Positions 9,970-21,617 of a stretch of 64,000 bases of DNA are shown piece by piece; within the stretch, counting starts at the first letter, position 1, and the number at the start of each line of letters is the position of its first letter. Position numbers and translations under genes: made by a program. The notes under the pieces are model-generated. The model saw only the letters and a program-made list of their open reading frames with translations. It made no database searches and was not told where the DNA came from. Where the stretch lies: contig JAKMFX010000019.1 of the NCBI GenBank assembly GCA_022425195.1, positions 84,676 through 148,675 of the forward strand, in the 5' to 3' direction. The DNA comes from Flavobacteriales bacterium (GTDB lineage Bacteria > Bacteroidota > Bacteroidia > Flavobacteriales > UBA7430).

Positions 9970-12153
9970 TCAATACACCAAATCCATTTCTTCGATGAGA
10001 TGGGTCGCTCCTGCATATTTGTCAATGATAAATAATACATAACGGATATCGCAGGATATGGTTCTCTGCAACTCAGGCTCAAAAGCAATATCGCCACTCA
10101 TGGCCTCCCAATTACCATCAAAAGCAGTTCCAACTAAGTGTCCTTTAGCATTGATAACGGGTGAACCGGAATTTCCTCCTGTAATGTCAGTGTTATGAAT
10201 AAAATTAACAATCAAATCTCCATTCTCATCAGCATAGGGACCATAATCTTTTGCCTTGTGTAAATCAATCATCCTTTGTGGTAGATCAAACTCGTGATCA
10301 CCAGGTACATATTTCTCCATCACACCGTCTAAAGTAGTCACACAGTCGTAGTGGACAGCATCTGCGGGAACATAATCTCCCACAGAACCGAAGGTGGTTC
10401 TCATAGAAAAGTTCGCATTGGGATAAAAGGTCTTATCCGGATTCATCTTGCGCAATCCATCTATAAAAAGCCGATTCCCTTTGCCTAACTTTTCATTGGC
10501 TTCTGCATTCAAAGAGCCCAAACCGAAATAGCTTTGCAAAACAGAGCTGGAGGCAACATAAGCCAAATCTTTTGCTAATTTCTTGGCATTGGGGGAGGCT
10601 ATAAATGCATAAAAGCGCCCCTCGTCGGTAAAATAAGACTTGGTATACATTTTTGCCGCATACTTATCAAAACTACCCTTGAACTTTTTATCTACATAGG
10701 CAAAGAAACTAGGGTGTTGATCTGGGCTAACCTCAGCTTGGTATTTAGTAAACAATTGAGCAAATTGTTCCTGGTCAAGAGCAGCATTGTAATTCTTAAA
10801 ATGCGCTTCTGCAAAACTATTTAGCTCTTCCAATGCAACAGATTTTGACTCAGGGTCTTCCGTGTCCATCCACTTCTTCATCATACGATGTGCCCGATAG
10901 GTAAACAAAACTGCATCAGTCCCTCTGATACCTACTTCGGCGAGGAATGTAGCGCCCCTTTCTGTTTCATTGGTCTTGCCATAAGCCTCTTCAATAAGAC
11001 CTAGTGCCGCTCCGTATTTTGATTGATTTGCCTTCGATGCATTTGCAAACACCTGAAAATCTTTTTCTATTTCTTGCTTTTTCTCATAAACTCCTAAACG
11101 CTTCAGTCCCTTGGACTGTCCGATAAAATATTTCCAATAGTTTGCCGTTCGAGCGTGTTTGGATGCATATTGAATACGTACTTTCGGGTCGGCATCCATG
11201 TGTTTGTTCATGATGTCTAACTTCAAATCACGAATGTCTACAATGGTAGGCGCTTTGATGTCTAATAATTGACGAACACCCCATGAGGTCAGGTATCGAT
11301 CTGTTGAGCCTGGGTAGCCCCATATCATGGTAAAATCCTCATTAGACACCCCTTCCAAAGAAACAGGTAAATGGTGGTAAAAAGCATCGTTTTTCTCTCT
11401 GAGTTCCTTCGTCAAAGGAACGTTCTCGGCTGCAAAAGAAGCAGGCGTTCCGTCAGGAGCACTATAAATTCGCAACAGTGTGAAATCTCCCGTATGCCGA
11501 GGCCACATCCAGTTGTCTGTATCTCCACCGTATTTCCCAACAGAGGACGGGGGTGCACCCACCAATCGAATGTCTTGAAATCGTTCATAGAGAAACATAT
11601 AAAACTCGTTCCCCTCATAAAAAGACTTGATATTTACAATGTAGTCATTGTCTTTACTCACTTCTTCTTTGATCGCTTTTATGGCCTTCTGGATCGCCTT
11701 TTCTCTTTCTGCTTCAGACAAGTCGTCGCTAACTTCTTCCAATACTCTATCGGACACATCCTCCATACGGATTAAGAAGTCGACATACAGGTCGGGGTTC
11801 GCCAACTCATCTGATCGATTCATGGCCCAAAATCCATCGGTTAAATAATCATTTTCTACTGAGGAATGGCTTTGAATTGCATTGTAAGCACAGTGATGAT
11901 TTGTTAACAATAAGCCCTCTTCAGAAATGACTTCTCCAGTACAAAAGCCTCCAAAAACTACAATGGCATCCTTCAAGCTAGACTGGTTGATGCTATAGAG
12001 CTCCTCCGCGGTTAATTGTAGGCCTGCTGCTTGCATATCTACCTCATTCAACCGCTTGATGAACATGGGCAACCACATGCCCTCATCCGCTTTAACAATC
12101 GTAGGGCTTGCCATAAATATGGCTAGGGTAACAACTAAAATTCTCTTAAACAT
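9970..12153 (-). CDS. S46-family dipeptidyl-peptidase (DPP7/DPP11-like)
   Basis: Signal peptide followed by ADEGMWLP. Catalytic regions TNHHC (His) and GGNSGSPV (Ser). Confidence 0.9.
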   Translation of the reverse strand: MFKRILVVTLAIFMASPTIVKADEGMWLPMFIKRLNEVDMQAAGLQLTAEELYSINQSSLKDAIVVFGGFCTGEVISEEGLLLTNHHCAYNAIQSHSSVENDYLTDGFWAMNRSDELANPDLYVDFLIRMEDVSDRVLEEVSDDLSEAEREKAIQKAIKAIKEEVSKDNDYIVNIKSFYEGNEFYMFLYERFQDIRLVGAPPSSVGKYGGDTDNWMWPRHTGDFTLLRIYSAPDGTPASFAAENVPLTKELREKNDAFYHHLPVSLEGVSNEDFTMIWGYPGSTDRYLTSWGVRQLLDIKAPTIVDIRDLKLDIMNKHMDADPKVRIQYASKHARTANYWKYFIGQSKGLKRLGVYEKKQEIEKDFQVFANASKANQSKYGAALGLIEEAYGKTNETERGATFLAEVGIRGTDAVLFTYRAHRMMKKWMDTEDPESKSVALEELNSFAEAHFKNYNAALDQEQFAQLFTKYQAEVSPDQHPSFFAYVDKKFKGSFDKYAAKMYTKSYFTDEGRFYAFIASPNAKKLAKDLAYVASSSVLQSYFGLGSLNAEANEKLGKGNRLFIDGLRKMNPDKTFYPNANFSMRTTFGSVGDYVPADAVHYDCVTTLDGVMEKYVPGDHEFDLPQRMIDLHKAKDYGPYADENGDLIVNFIHNTDITGGNSGSPVINAKGHLVGTAFDGNWEAMSGDIAFEPELQRTISCDIRYVLFIIDKYAGATHLIEEMDLVY

Positions 12154-12236
12154 TTAAATATTTTTTATTTAATACTACATAAGAATAACAAAGAAAAGAA
12201 AATGTGGGCATACATTTGACATCCCACAAATGGAAA

Positions 12237-12689
12237 TCATTTTGTGATTCCCCCTTCCTTGACCGATTGGTAGGGAACAAAAACCATGCACTTATTTGAA
12301 TCGTAATAAAGCCGAAGCGTATCACTGAAATATTTATAGGATGAGGCCTGTTTTATTGTTCTCGATAGATCCTTACCCCAGCCTCGCTCTAAAACTCTGG
12401 TACCTCCAAATTTCTTTACCTCGATCGCCTGATTTTCACCAAGTTCGTAGTTCCCAAGGACACTATTTGTCGTTGTTCTCCCCTTGATCTCTCCATCCCT
12501 TCCATCGTCGGTGAATTCAAAGGTCAGGCGTCCATTATGGCACTCTCCTTGAGGCCTACAATCCTTTTGATGGCTCTCAAGATTTTCAAAGCAAATTAAA
12601 GTCCAGTGACCGTTAAGGCTTTCGTCCAATTTGTTGGAATCAAAGAAACCAGTAATCAATGTAAAAACTAAAACGACTATATACTTCAT
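12237..12689 (-). CDS. Small secreted protein, possibly META/HslJ-like
   Basis: Signal peptide. Loose META-domain pattern (HWTLICFEN...GNYELGENQAIEV...LRLYYD). The family assignment is weak. Confidence 0.35.
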   Translation of the reverse strand: MKYIVVLVFTLITGFFDSNKLDESLNGHWTLICFENLESHQKDCRPQGECHNGRLTFEFTDDGRDGEIKGRTTTNSVLGNYELGENQAIEVKKFGGTRVLERGWGKDLSRTIKQASSYKYFSDTLRLYYDSNKCMVFVPYQSVKEGGITK

Positions 12690-12716
12690 AAACTGTTATA
12701 CATCATTATTATTGCT

Positions 12717-13145
12717 TCAATCTTCATCCCCAAAATCATAGGGGAGCTCTTCTTCCAACCAAGCGTCAATTTGTTTGAAATTCTCAATTTCTCTTCGGTC
12801 GCGTTTGGTAGGTCTTCCCAAACCACGATCTCGATCTTCACCCAAAAGTCTTCTGTGGTGAAAAGCTCTGAATTTTTCTCTTTCCTCAAGAGGTGTTAAA
12901 TCCTCATAGCAATCTTTGGCAATGGAATAGGCCACACGGCTTTTTAGAATTTCTATAATTTTAAACTGCAGCTTCAAGCCATTTTTATCTACCGATATTT
13001 GTTCTCCACCTGACACTGATCGAGCAGGTTTACATTTCGACCCGTCCACCTTTATCTTTCCAGATTTACACGCTTGTGTGGCTCTACTTCTGGATTTAAA
13101 GATTCGAACCGTCCAAAGCCATTTATCAATTCTTGTTTTCTCCAT
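12717..13145 (-). CDS. S4-domain RNA-binding protein (Hsp15-like)
   Basis: N-terminal RIDKWLWTVRIFKSRSRATQACKSGKIKVDG is a typical S4/Hsp15 motif. Confidence 0.7.
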   Translation of the reverse strand: MEKTRIDKWLWTVRIFKSRSRATQACKSGKIKVDGSKCKPARSVSGGEQISVDKNGLKLQFKIIEILKSRVAYSIAKDCYEDLTPLEEREKFRAFHHRRLLGEDRDRGLGRPTKRDRREIENFKQIDAWLEEELPYDFGDED

Positions 13146-14946
13146 CTTTAAAATAGCTATTCAACTTTTGTGCTTTGCTCTTTCCTAGAACCTCTGTAAG
13201 TTCGCTAAGCTTAGCTTCTTTAATCCGCTTAATCGACTTGAATTTCATCAATAAGTCAGCTTTTGACTTAGGACCAATACCCGGGATGTCGTCTAATGCG
13301 GAATGTAAACTGGACTTACTTCTTTTGTTTCTGTGATGGGCAAGACTAAACCGGTGTGCCTCATTACGCAAATGCTGAATCAGCTTTAAGGATTCCGAAC
13401 GCTTATCGATGTAAAGGGGAACTGAGTCTCCTGGAAAATAAATCTCTTCTAAGCGTTTCGCTATCCCTACAATCGCAATCTGTCCTCTTAGTTCTAACTT
13501 GTCAAGCGCTTTCAAGGAGGAGCTGAGTTGCCCCTTCCCACCATCAATAATGATGAGCTGAGGAAAGGGTTCCTTTTGTTCTTTTAATCGTTTGTATCTT
13601 CGGTAAACGGCCTCCTCCATAGAGGCAAAGTCATCGGGGCCATCAACGGTTTTGATGTTAAAATGTCGGTAATCCTTTTTACTGGGTTTGGCATTTTTGA
13701 ATACCACACAAGCCGATGCAGGATTGGTTCCCTGTATATTGGAGTTATCAAAACATTCTATTTGAACGGGTAATTCTGACAGTCGTAAATCTTTTTTTAC
13801 CTGTTCTAAAATTCTTTTACTATGACGCTCCGGATCTATAATATTAAGCGTTTTTAATTTTTCCTGCCGCATATACTTTGCATTCCGAAGCGACAAGTCA
13901 ATTAACGCCTTTTTCTCTCCCCGCTGAGGAAGATGTAATTTCACCTCATCTTTCCATGGGCTAATAATTGATTTATTGAGTAAGACCTCTTTGGCGGTGG
14001 ATTGAAATTTTGCGCGAATATCCATCAACGATAGCGTCAATAAATCTTCATCTGTTTCATCGAGCTTTTTCTTGATCTCCAAATTGTGAGACTGTATAAT
14101 GGCTCCTTTGACAACTTTAAAGTAGTTGATATATGCCGAGTCGGTGTCAGAGAATATCGTAATGACATCCACGTGCTCTATGGTAGGACTTACAACGGTA
14201 GATTTGGATTGATACTGCTCCAACGCCTCCAACTTCTCTTTGATTTCCTGCGCTTTTTCAAATTCAAGGGCTGTAGCATGTACTTGCATTTTTTCCTTTA
14301 AGGGTTGTAGGATACTTCGGGTATTCCCCTTTAAAATACTGCGTATCTCGGAAATGGTTTGCATGTAGTCTTCCTCATTTTGATGGTCCTCACAGGGGCC
14401 TAAACACTTTTTAATATGATAATCTAGACATACCTTAAACTTCTGATTTTCTATATTTTGCTTGCTCAAATTAAAGGTACAAGAACGCAGCTGATACAGT
14501 TGGTTGATTAATTCCAAAAGCACTTTTATTGCCTTTGACGAAACGTAGGGTCCAAAATATTCGGAACCATCTTTGATGACTTTTCGCGTTGAAAATACAC
14601 GAGGGAATCTTTCTTTTTTGATGCAAATCCAAGGGTAGGTCTTATCATCCTTTAGCAAAACGTTGTACCTAGGTTGCAGCTTTTTGATGAGGTTGTTTTC
14701 CAGCAATAATGCATCTACTTCACTCTCAACCAAAATATATTCAATACGCTCAATCTTTTTTACCAGTACTCGAGTTTTGGCATAGTCGGTATGGTCTTTG
14801 TGAAAGTAGGATGAGACGCGTCGTTTTAGCTTTTTTGCTTTCCCTACATACAGTATTGTATCCTGCTTATCAAAGAATTGATAAACACCAGGTCCCGAGG
14901 GAAGCGTCTTTAAAAACTGAGCAATATGTTCTTTAACAGCGGGCAT
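13126..14946 (-). CDS. uvrC: Excinuclease ABC subunit C
   Basis: GIY-YIG N-terminus (GVYQFFDKQDTILYVGKAKKLKRRV), a UVR domain, and a C-terminal HhH (IPGIGPKSKADLL). Confidence 0.95.
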   Translation of the reverse strand: MPAVKEHIAQFLKTLPSGPGVYQFFDKQDTILYVGKAKKLKRRVSSYFHKDHTDYAKTRVLVKKIERIEYILVESEVDALLLENNLIKKLQPRYNVLLKDDKTYPWICIKKERFPRVFSTRKVIKDGSEYFGPYVSSKAIKVLLELINQLYQLRSCTFNLSKQNIENQKFKVCLDYHIKKCLGPCEDHQNEEDYMQTISEIRSILKGNTRSILQPLKEKMQVHATALEFEKAQEIKEKLEALEQYQSKSTVVSPTIEHVDVITIFSDTDSAYINYFKVVKGAIIQSHNLEIKKKLDETDEDLLTLSLMDIRAKFQSTAKEVLLNKSIISPWKDEVKLHLPQRGEKKALIDLSLRNAKYMRQEKLKTLNIIDPERHSKRILEQVKKDLRLSELPVQIECFDNSNIQGTNPASACVVFKNAKPSKKDYRHFNIKTVDGPDDFASMEEAVYRRYKRLKEQKEPFPQLIIIDGGKGQLSSSLKALDKLELRGQIAIVGIAKRLEEIYFPGDSVPLYIDKRSESLKLIQHLRNEAHRFSLAHHRNKRSKSSLHSALDDIPGIGPKSKADLLMKFKSIKRIKEAKLSELTEVLGKSKAQKLNSYFKDGENKN

Positions 14947-15057
14947 TACTCAAATGTAAGGAAAGTACGATGGATTCGTAGTCAACTTGATACTTTTTGA
15001 GCGAGTTGAAGGTACTTCTAAAAGTAAATGAGAGGCATGAAGGTTTCAGTAAAGAAA

Positions 15058-15861
15058 TTAATTCCAGAATTCACGCTTTTTATTGCGCTCTTTCTTCAAC
15101 TTCACATACTCTTCAGTAGGCACTTTGAGGAAAGAAGCATGCTGCTCTATAGCATACTCTAACTGCTCTACAATTTTGTCAATTGAATCGTTGTCATAAT
15201 CAATTTCCAATGGCGCTTTGATGACCATAGATTGTAGTATTCCCTTTTTCTTGATGAACAAGCCTCTCTTGTCAAAAGATCTTCTAAAGCCGTCTATCAC
15301 TATGGGAACTACAAGAGGTTTGTATTTTTTTATGATGTGAGCCGTTCCTTTTCGTATGGGATTGAAAGCCTTTGTGGTACCTTGAGGAAAAGTAATCACC
15401 CAGCCATCGTCTAGTGCCGTTCCAATATTACTAATGTCCTTCATGTCAACCTGTCGATTGACCGACTCACCTGCTGCACGCCAAGTTCTGGTGATGGTAA
15501 CCGCTCCCACGTATGACATTACCTTAGGTAAAAATCCCGATTTCATGGTTTCCGCAGCAGCTACATAATAAAGGTTGGTTTTGGGCGACCATAAATAACC
15601 CACATTCTTGATGCTATCAATACGCCCCTTTAGGGATGCATTAAAAACGTGATACATCGCCGCAACATCAGCAAAATAGGTTTGATGATTTGAAACAAAC
15701 AGGACGTGTTTATCTTCTAGGTCTCTGATGATTTCAGAACCTTCAATTTTAAGACTGTTAAAGCTATGGTAGCGTCTGTGGGAGAGAACCCCCAAGAGCT
15801 GAATCAACCAGCGCTTTAAAAATATAAAATGTCCAAAAGGATCTTTTTTGAAAAGGCCCAT
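15058..15861 (-). CDS. Lysophospholipid (1-acyl-sn-glycerol-3-phosphate) acyltransferase family protein
   Basis: HX4D acyltransferase motif (NHQTYFAD) and an FPQGT motif. Confidence 0.75.
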   Translation of the reverse strand: MGLFKKDPFGHFIFLKRWLIQLLGVLSHRRYHSFNSLKIEGSEIIRDLEDKHVLFVSNHQTYFADVAAMYHVFNASLKGRIDSIKNVGYLWSPKTNLYYVAAAETMKSGFLPKVMSYVGAVTITRTWRAAGESVNRQVDMKDISNIGTALDDGWVITFPQGTTKAFNPIRKGTAHIIKKYKPLVVPIVIDGFRRSFDKRGLFIKKKGILQSMVIKAPLEIDYDNDSIDKIVEQLEYAIEQHASFLKVPTEEYVKLKKERNKKREFWN

Positions 15862-15876
15862 AAATTTAAAGGGGAT

Positions 15877-16866
15877 CTACAAAAGCGATTGCTCGATAAG
15901 TTTCTCAGCAACTTGAACGGCATTTGTTGCAGCACCTTTGCGTAAATTATCCGCAACAATCCACATGTTTAATGTGTTTGCTTGGGAATCATCTCTACGA
16001 AGTCTACCCACAAAAACTTCATTCTTCGACTCCGCATATTTTGGCATCGGATATGTGTTTGTATCGGTATTGTCTTGGAGCACTAATCCTTCCGTTTCAC
16101 TGATTGCTTTTCGAACGACCGCCATATCATAGTCGTTTTTAAAGGTAACATTTACGCTCTCAGAGTGACCACCCATCACAGGGACACGAACTGCGGTAGC
16201 CGTAACGCCTATGGAATCATCACCTAAAATTTTTCGCGTTTCATTCACCAACTTCATTTCTTCTTTGGTGTAACCCGACTCTAAAAAGTCATCACAATGC
16301 GGTAAACAATTTCTGTAGATTGGGTATGGATACGCCATTTCTCCTTCAACACCTTCTTCCTCGTTCACCAACTGTTGCATCGCCTTAACCCCTGTTCCTG
16401 TGATGGATTGATAGGTTGAAATGATGACGCGTTCCAGGCCATAAAGTTCGTGAAGAGGCGCTAAAGCCAAAACAAGTTGTATGGTAGAACAGTTTGGGTT
16501 GGCAATAATTTTATCCTCAGCGGTCAATTCATCCGCATTGATTTCAGGAACGATAAGTTTGTGGTCAGGACTCATTCTCCAAGCTGAAGAATTGTCCACA
16601 ACCGTAGTGCCAACTTCAGCAAACTTTGGAGCCCACTCTAAAGAAGTTGAACCTCCAGCAGAAAATAATGCTAAATCCGGTTTTTCGGATACGGCTTGTT
16701 CTAGGCTGCGCACCTTATATTCTTTACCTTGGTATGAAATCAGCTTTCCGACAGATCTCTCGGAAGCAACAGGTATCAATTCAGTGATAGGAAATTGACG
16801 TTCCGCCAACACCTTTAACATAACGTTTCCCACCATTCCAGTGGCACCAACAACAGCTACTTTCAT
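15877..16866 (-). CDS. asd: Aspartate-semialdehyde dehydrogenase
   Basis: MKVAVVGATGMVGN Rossmann start and active-site NPNCSTI. The ORF-track start at 16935 is trimmed to the conserved N-terminus. Confidence 0.9.
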   Translation of the reverse strand: MKVAVVGATGMVGNVMLKVLAERQFPITELIPVASERSVGKLISYQGKEYKVRSLEQAVSEKPDLALFSAGGSTSLEWAPKFAEVGTTVVDNSSAWRMSPDHKLIVPEINADELTAEDKIIANPNCSTIQLVLALAPLHELYGLERVIISTYQSITGTGVKAMQQLVNEEEGVEGEMAYPYPIYRNCLPHCDDFLESGYTKEEMKLVNETRKILGDDSIGVTATAVRVPVMGGHSESVNVTFKNDYDMAVVRKAISETEGLVLQDNTDTNTYPMPKYAESKNEVFVGRLRRDDSQANTLNMWIVADNLRKGAATNAVQVAEKLIEQSLL

Positions 16867-16960
16867 TTTTTCTTTTTTTATTGTGTAGGGTAATAAAGTT
16901 GTTTTTATGTGGTTTTCACCTAAAAAACGGCACAAAGATACGCATTATGCTTGATTTAGC

Positions 16961-17914
16961 TTAATAAACTTGCTCAACAACCTTAAGAATGTTGTTTCCT
17001 CTACCCATCGTATAATAATGAAGGCAGGGAGCGCCGAACGCCATCAGCTCTTTGGATTGCTGAACGGCCCACTCGATACCCAATTCATATACCGCCTCGT
17101 TTGTTTTGCACTTTAGAACTTCGTCTACAAGGACTTCAGGATAATTGATATGAAAAAACTGAGGTATCCTTTGCAATTGTTTTTTAGTCGCCAATGGCTT
17201 AAGCCCCGGGATGATAGGAACGTTGATGTCCATCTCACGACATTTCTTAACAAAATCAAAATATACCTGATTGTCAAAAAACATTTGTGTGACAATGTAA
17301 TCAGCTCCTTTGTCAACTTTTTGTTTTAAGTATTGGAGGTCGGTTTTCTTATTCGGTGATTCAAAATGCTTTTCTGGATATGCCGCCACGCCGATACAAA
17401 AATTGGTTTTGGCAATATTTTGCAACTCATCATCTAGATAAATCCCTTTATTTAGATTGACCACTTGTTCCAGAAGTTCACTCGCATATTCATGTCCTTC
17501 AGGCTCAGGCACAAAAACACCTTCAGACTTCATTGGGTCACCCCGAAGAACCAAGAGGTTGTTTACGCCCAAATAATCTAAATCAATCAGTGCATTTTCA
17601 GTTTCTTCTTTGCTGAAGCCCCCACAAATAATGTGTGGCACGGTGTCTACATTGTATCGGTTGGTAATCCCTGCAGCAATCCCAACAGTTCCTGGTCGCT
17701 TTCTTACTTTTTGCTTTCTCAACAAGCCATTTGCTTGGGGGATGTATTTGTTTTCCTCTCGATGGTAAGTGACATTAACGAAAGATGGCTTGTATTCCAT
17801 TAGAGGGTCTAAAACCGAAAAAAGGTCTTCTATTTTTTGTCCCTTTCTTGGAGGTAAAATCTCTAAAGACAAAAGCGTTTTATCCGCTTGTTTAATATGA
17901 TCTGTTATTTTCAT
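16961..17914 (-). CDS. metF: Methylenetetrahydrofolate reductase
   Basis: 317 aa with SLEILPPRKG, VTYHRE and LRGD motifs. Lies within the met operon. Confidence 0.9.
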   Translation of the reverse strand: MKITDHIKQADKTLLSLEILPPRKGQKIEDLFSVLDPLMEYKPSFVNVTYHREENKYIPQANGLLRKQKVRKRPGTVGIAAGITNRYNVDTVPHIICGGFSKEETENALIDLDYLGVNNLLVLRGDPMKSEGVFVPEPEGHEYASELLEQVVNLNKGIYLDDELQNIAKTNFCIGVAAYPEKHFESPNKKTDLQYLKQKVDKGADYIVTQMFFDNQVYFDFVKKCREMDINVPIIPGLKPLATKKQLQRIPQFFHINYPEVLVDEVLKCKTNEAVYELGIEWAVQQSKELMAFGAPCLHYYTMGRGNNILKVVEQVY

Positions 17915-17923
17915 CTTCCTCTT

Positions 17924-20599
17924 TTAGTACGCTAAGTTTGGCTGAAGTCTTCGTTCAGCTTCCGCTTGGTTAATTTTTGATCTTTCCGCATAATCTGCTA
18001 CCTGATCTTTTTGTATTCTTCCTAGGCCAAAATATTTTGCTTGTGGATGGGCAAAATAAAGTCCCGACACCGATGCCGCAGGATACATCGCCAAAGATTC
18101 TGTAAGTGAAATCCCAACCTCTTCCTCAACGTTCAAAAGATTCCAAATCACTTCTTTTTGGTAGTGATCAGGACATGCGGGATATCCCGGTGCCGGACGA
18201 ATGCCTTTGTACGATTCTCGAATTAAATCATCGTTCGTTAGTTGTTCTTCAGTAGCATACCCCCAGAATTCTTTTCGTAGGTATTCATGAAGGTATTCCG
18301 CAGTGGCTTCTGCCAATCGGTCGGCCAAAGCCTTTACCATAATGCTCTGGTAGTCGTCTTGTTCTTTTTCGAAACGTTCAATCCACTTTTCAATTCCTAA
18401 ACCTGCAGTCACGGCAAAAGCTCCGATATAATCTGCCCCAGAACCCTTCGCTTGAATGTAATCTGCCAAACAAACATTAGCTGCCTTTTTACTCTTTTTA
18501 CTTTGCTGTCTCAAACCGACAATCGTATCAGCGACTATACTTCTGCTTTCATCCGTATAAACTTCAATGTCGTCATCAGCGACTTGATTGGCTGGAAAAA
18601 CACCAAGAACAGCCTTGGATTCTAAGCCATCACTGGCTATGATTTCTTCCAACAGTGCAAGCGCATCCTTGTACAATTCTTGTGCTTGATGACCCACAAG
18701 GTCATCTTCTAAAATTTTTGGAAACCTTCCATGTAAATCCCAAGTTTGGAAAAATGGGGTCCAATCGATGTAGTTTTTTAAACGCTCCAAGTCGATCTTA
18801 TGAAGGGTTTTTGTGCCTATCGTTTTGGGCACAAACACAGGGTTTTCATCCCAGTCCAATATGGCTTTGTTGGCACGGGCAGTTTCAATATCTGCAAACT
18901 TCTTTGTTTTCGAGTTGGCTTCGAATCGAGTTTTTAACTCACCATATTCATCTTTCGTTTCGCTAATTACCTGCTGTGAAAAATCAGGATTCAACAGTTT
19001 GCTTACCAGAGGAATACTTAAGGATGCGTCGCCTACATGGAAAACTCCTTTTTGATATTTGGGCGCTATTTTCACCGCTGTATGAACTCTAGAGGTCGTG
19101 GCACCTCCAATCAATAGTGGTGTCGACAAGTCTTGTCGTTCCATTTCATTGGCGATATTTACCATTTCATCTAGCGATGGAGTGATCAGCCCACTAAGTC
19201 CTATGATGTCTGCCTCTTCTTCTTTTGCCCGTTCTAGTATTTGTTCCATAGGAACCATCACACCCAAGTCAACCACCTCATAATTATTACAAGCCAGAAC
19301 GACCCCTACGATATTCTTACCTATGTCATGAACGTCTCCCTTAACCGTGGCCAAGAGGATTTTTCCCACCTTTTTCTGCTTTTCATCTTTTCCCTCTTCG
19401 ATAAAAGGCTGTAGATAGGCCACTGCCTTCTTCATCACTCGTGCACTTTTTACGACCTGAGGTAAAAACATTTTACCGCTCTCAAATAATTTCCCAACAA
19501 CACCCATACCATCCATAAGTGGTCCTTCAATCACGTCTAAGGGCTTGTCTAAGGCCAACCTCGCTTCCTCGGCATCCTCAACAATAAAGTCTGTGATCCC
19601 CCTGACCAAAGCGTGTTCAATACGCTTTCCCAAAGGCTCATTTCGCCATAGAACCTCATCTTTCTTCTTATCCTTCCCCTGCCCTACATATGCTTCAGCC
19701 AAATCGACCAAACGCTCGGTAGCATCTTCGCGCCTATTGAATAAAACATCTTCAACATGTTGCAATAATTTGGGGTCAATATCCTCGTATATTTCTATCA
19801 AATTAGGATTTACAATCCCCAAACGCATTCCGTTTTTGGTCGCGTGATACAGAAAAGAGGCATGCATGGCTTCACGAACCGGATTGTTTCCTCTAAAAGA
19901 AAAAGAAACATTACTAACGCCCCCGCAAATATTTGCTCCAGGAAGGTTTTCTCTGATCCATTTTGTGGCCTTAAAAAAGTCTAATGCATAATTGTTATGT
20001 TCTGGGATCCCGGTCGCTACAGGAAATATATTTGGATCGAAAATAATATCTGAGGGCGCAAATTTTACATGCTCAACCAATAGGGTATAAGCACGCTGGC
20101 AGATCTGAATTCTTCGCTCATAGGTGTCTGCTTGTCCCTTTTCATCAAAGGCCATAATAATAGCTGCCGCTCCATAGCGTTTGATTTTTTTGGCCTTATC
20201 GATAAAAGAAGCCTCTCCATCTTTCAAGCTGATTGAGTTGACTACCCCTTTCCCTTGAAGACACTGAAGGCCGGCCTCTATCACTTCCCACTTAGAACTG
20301 TCCACCATAATTGGAATACGTGAAATGTCTGGTTCTGAAGCGATGAGATTCAAAAAGTTAACCATGCATTCTTTGGCTTCAAGAAGGGCATCGTCCATGT
20401 TCACATCCAAAATCTGTGCGCCACCCTCTACCTGATCTCTGGCAATGGCTATAGCCTCTTCAAACTTTTCCTCTTTGATCAGTCGCAAAAACTTTTTTGA
20501 ACCCGCCACATTCGTTCGCTCCCCAACATTTACAAAGTTGAGGGCATCGTTGACGATCAGTGGTTCTAAACCACTTAGTGTTAAATGCTTTGTGCTCAT
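17924..20599 (-). CDS. metH: Methionine synthase, cobalamin-dependent: pterin-binding, B12-binding and AdoMet-reactivation modules, without the Hcy module
   Basis: Starts [13 protein letters not shown]... B12-binding [11 protein letters not shown] (DxHxxG) and a C-terminal reactivation domain. The start ATG overlaps the stop of the upstream Hcy-domain gene (ATGA at 20596-20599). Confidence 0.9.
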   Translation of the reverse strand: MSTKHLTLSGLEPLIVNDALNFVNVGERTNVAGSKKFLRLIKEEKFEEAIAIARDQVEGGAQILDVNMDDALLEAKECMVNFLNLIASEPDISRIPIMVDSSKWEVIEAGLQCLQGKGVVNSISLKDGEASFIDKAKKIKRYGAAAIIMAFDEKGQADTYERRIQICQRAYTLLVEHVKFAPSDIIFDPNIFPVATGIPEHNNYALDFFKATKWIRENLPGANICGGVSNVSFSFRGNNPVREAMHASFLYHATKNGMRLGIVNPNLIEIYEDIDPKLLQHVEDVLFNRREDATERLVDLAEAYVGQGKDKKKDEVLWRNEPLGKRIEHALVRGITDFIVEDAEEARLALDKPLDVIEGPLMDGMGVVGKLFESGKMFLPQVVKSARVMKKAVAYLQPFIEEGKDEKQKKVGKILLATVKGDVHDIGKNIVGVVLACNNYEVVDLGVMVPMEQILERAKEEEADIIGLSGLITPSLDEMVNIANEMERQDLSTPLLIGGATTSRVHTAVKIAPKYQKGVFHVGDASLSIPLVSKLLNPDFSQQVISETKDEYGELKTRFEANSKTKKFADIETARANKAILDWDENPVFVPKTIGTKTLHKIDLERLKNYIDWTPFFQTWDLHGRFPKILEDDLVGHQAQELYKDALALLEEIIASDGLESKAVLGVFPANQVADDDIEVYTDESRSIVADTIVGLRQQSKKSKKAANVCLADYIQAKGSGADYIGAFAVTAGLGIEKWIERFEKEQDDYQSIMVKALADRLAEATAEYLHEYLRKEFWGYATEEQLTNDDLIRESYKGIRPAPGYPACPDHYQKEVIWNLLNVEEEVGISLTESLAMYPAASVSGLYFAHPQAKYFGLGRIQKDQVADYAERSKINQAEAERRLQPNLAY

Positions 20600-21597
20600 A
20601 GTTCCTGAGTTACACTTTTCTTTCTGGGTTGGTACGTCGCTGCCAAATCTGCTATTGCCTTTATATGTTCGGGTGTTGTTCCGCAACAGCCACCTACAAT
20701 ATTTAGTAATCCTTGATCTAAAAACGGTTTTAAATACGCACACATCATCTCAGGGCTTTCATCGTACTCACCAAAAGCATTCGGTAAACCTGCATTCGGA
20801 TACACACTGATAGGAGAATCGCTTATGGCAGAAAGACTTCTAATGTGAGGCAGGAGTTGCTCAGCTCCCAAGGCACAATTCAAGCCAATGCTATAAAAGG
20901 GAAGATGAGAAAGTGATATGTAAAAGGCTTCAACCGTTTGACCCGATAAGGTTCGTCCACTGGCATCGGTAATGGTGCCCGAAATCATAATCGGAAGTGT
21001 TACTTCCAATTCATCAAAAACACGCTGTATCGCAAACAAGGCAGCCTTGGCATTTAAAGTATCAAAGATGGTTTCAACCATAAGAAGGTCAACACCACCA
21101 GCTATTAAGGCACGAGATTGCTCTGAATAGGCTTCTACCAGGTCGTTAAAAGTAATGGCTCGATATCCGGGCCTATTGACGTCAGGAGATAAAGATGCCG
21201 TTCGGTTGGTAGGGCCTATGGCTCCTGCAACAAATCTGGGCTTGTCTGGGTTTGACTGAGTAAAACGAGTTGTGACCTCCTTGGCAATTTTTGCGGAGTG
21301 GTAGTTAATGTCGTAAACTGAGGATTCAAGCGAATAATCGGCTTGCGCAATGCTCGTTCCACTGAAGGTATTTGTTTCAATGATATCAGCTCCTGCTTCC
21401 AAATATTCGGCATGAATTTCTTTGATGATTTCCGGTCGAGTTAAAGACAGTAAATCATTGTTTCCTTTCAGCGGACTCGGGTGTTCATCAAACCATCCGG
21501 CTCTGTAATCCTCTTCTTCAAGTCCGTAGCCTTGAATCATGGTGCCCATACCCCCGTCCAAAACGAGAATGCGTTTATGTATAATTTCTTCTAACAA
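20596..21597 (-). CDS. Homocysteine S-methyltransferase domain protein (stand-alone N-terminal MetH module)
   Basis: LVLDGGMGT start and Zn-ligand Cys motifs GLNCALG and [10 protein letters not shown]. Confidence 0.88.
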   Translation of the reverse strand: MLEEIIHKRILVLDGGMGTMIQGYGLEEEDYRAGWFDEHPSPLKGNNDLLSLTRPEIIKEIHAEYLEAGADIIETNTFSGTSIAQADYSLESSVYDINYHSAKIAKEVTTRFTQSNPDKPRFVAGAIGPTNRTASLSPDVNRPGYRAITFNDLVEAYSEQSRALIAGGVDLLMVETIFDTLNAKAALFAIQRVFDELEVTLPIMISGTITDASGRTLSGQTVEAFYISLSHLPFYSIGLNCALGAEQLLPHIRSLSAISDSPISVYPNAGLPNAFGEYDESPEMMCAYLKPFLDQGLLNIVGGCCGTTPEHIKAIADLAATYQPRKKSVTQEL

Positions 21598-21617
21598 GGT
21601 CTTGTCATTATTGACGT

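Noticed and set aside
20600-20743. N-terminal extensions of ORF-track genes: metH to 20743, the sulfhydrylase to 22883, asd to 16935, hemB to 49215, the hypothetical to 49762, prs to 62475, the amidohydrolase to 42857, and rlmN to 43002.
   Set aside because: The extensions overlap the upstream gene or a tRNA, are not conserved-looking, and an internal Met reproduces the canonical N-terminus of each family. Starts were trimmed accordingly.
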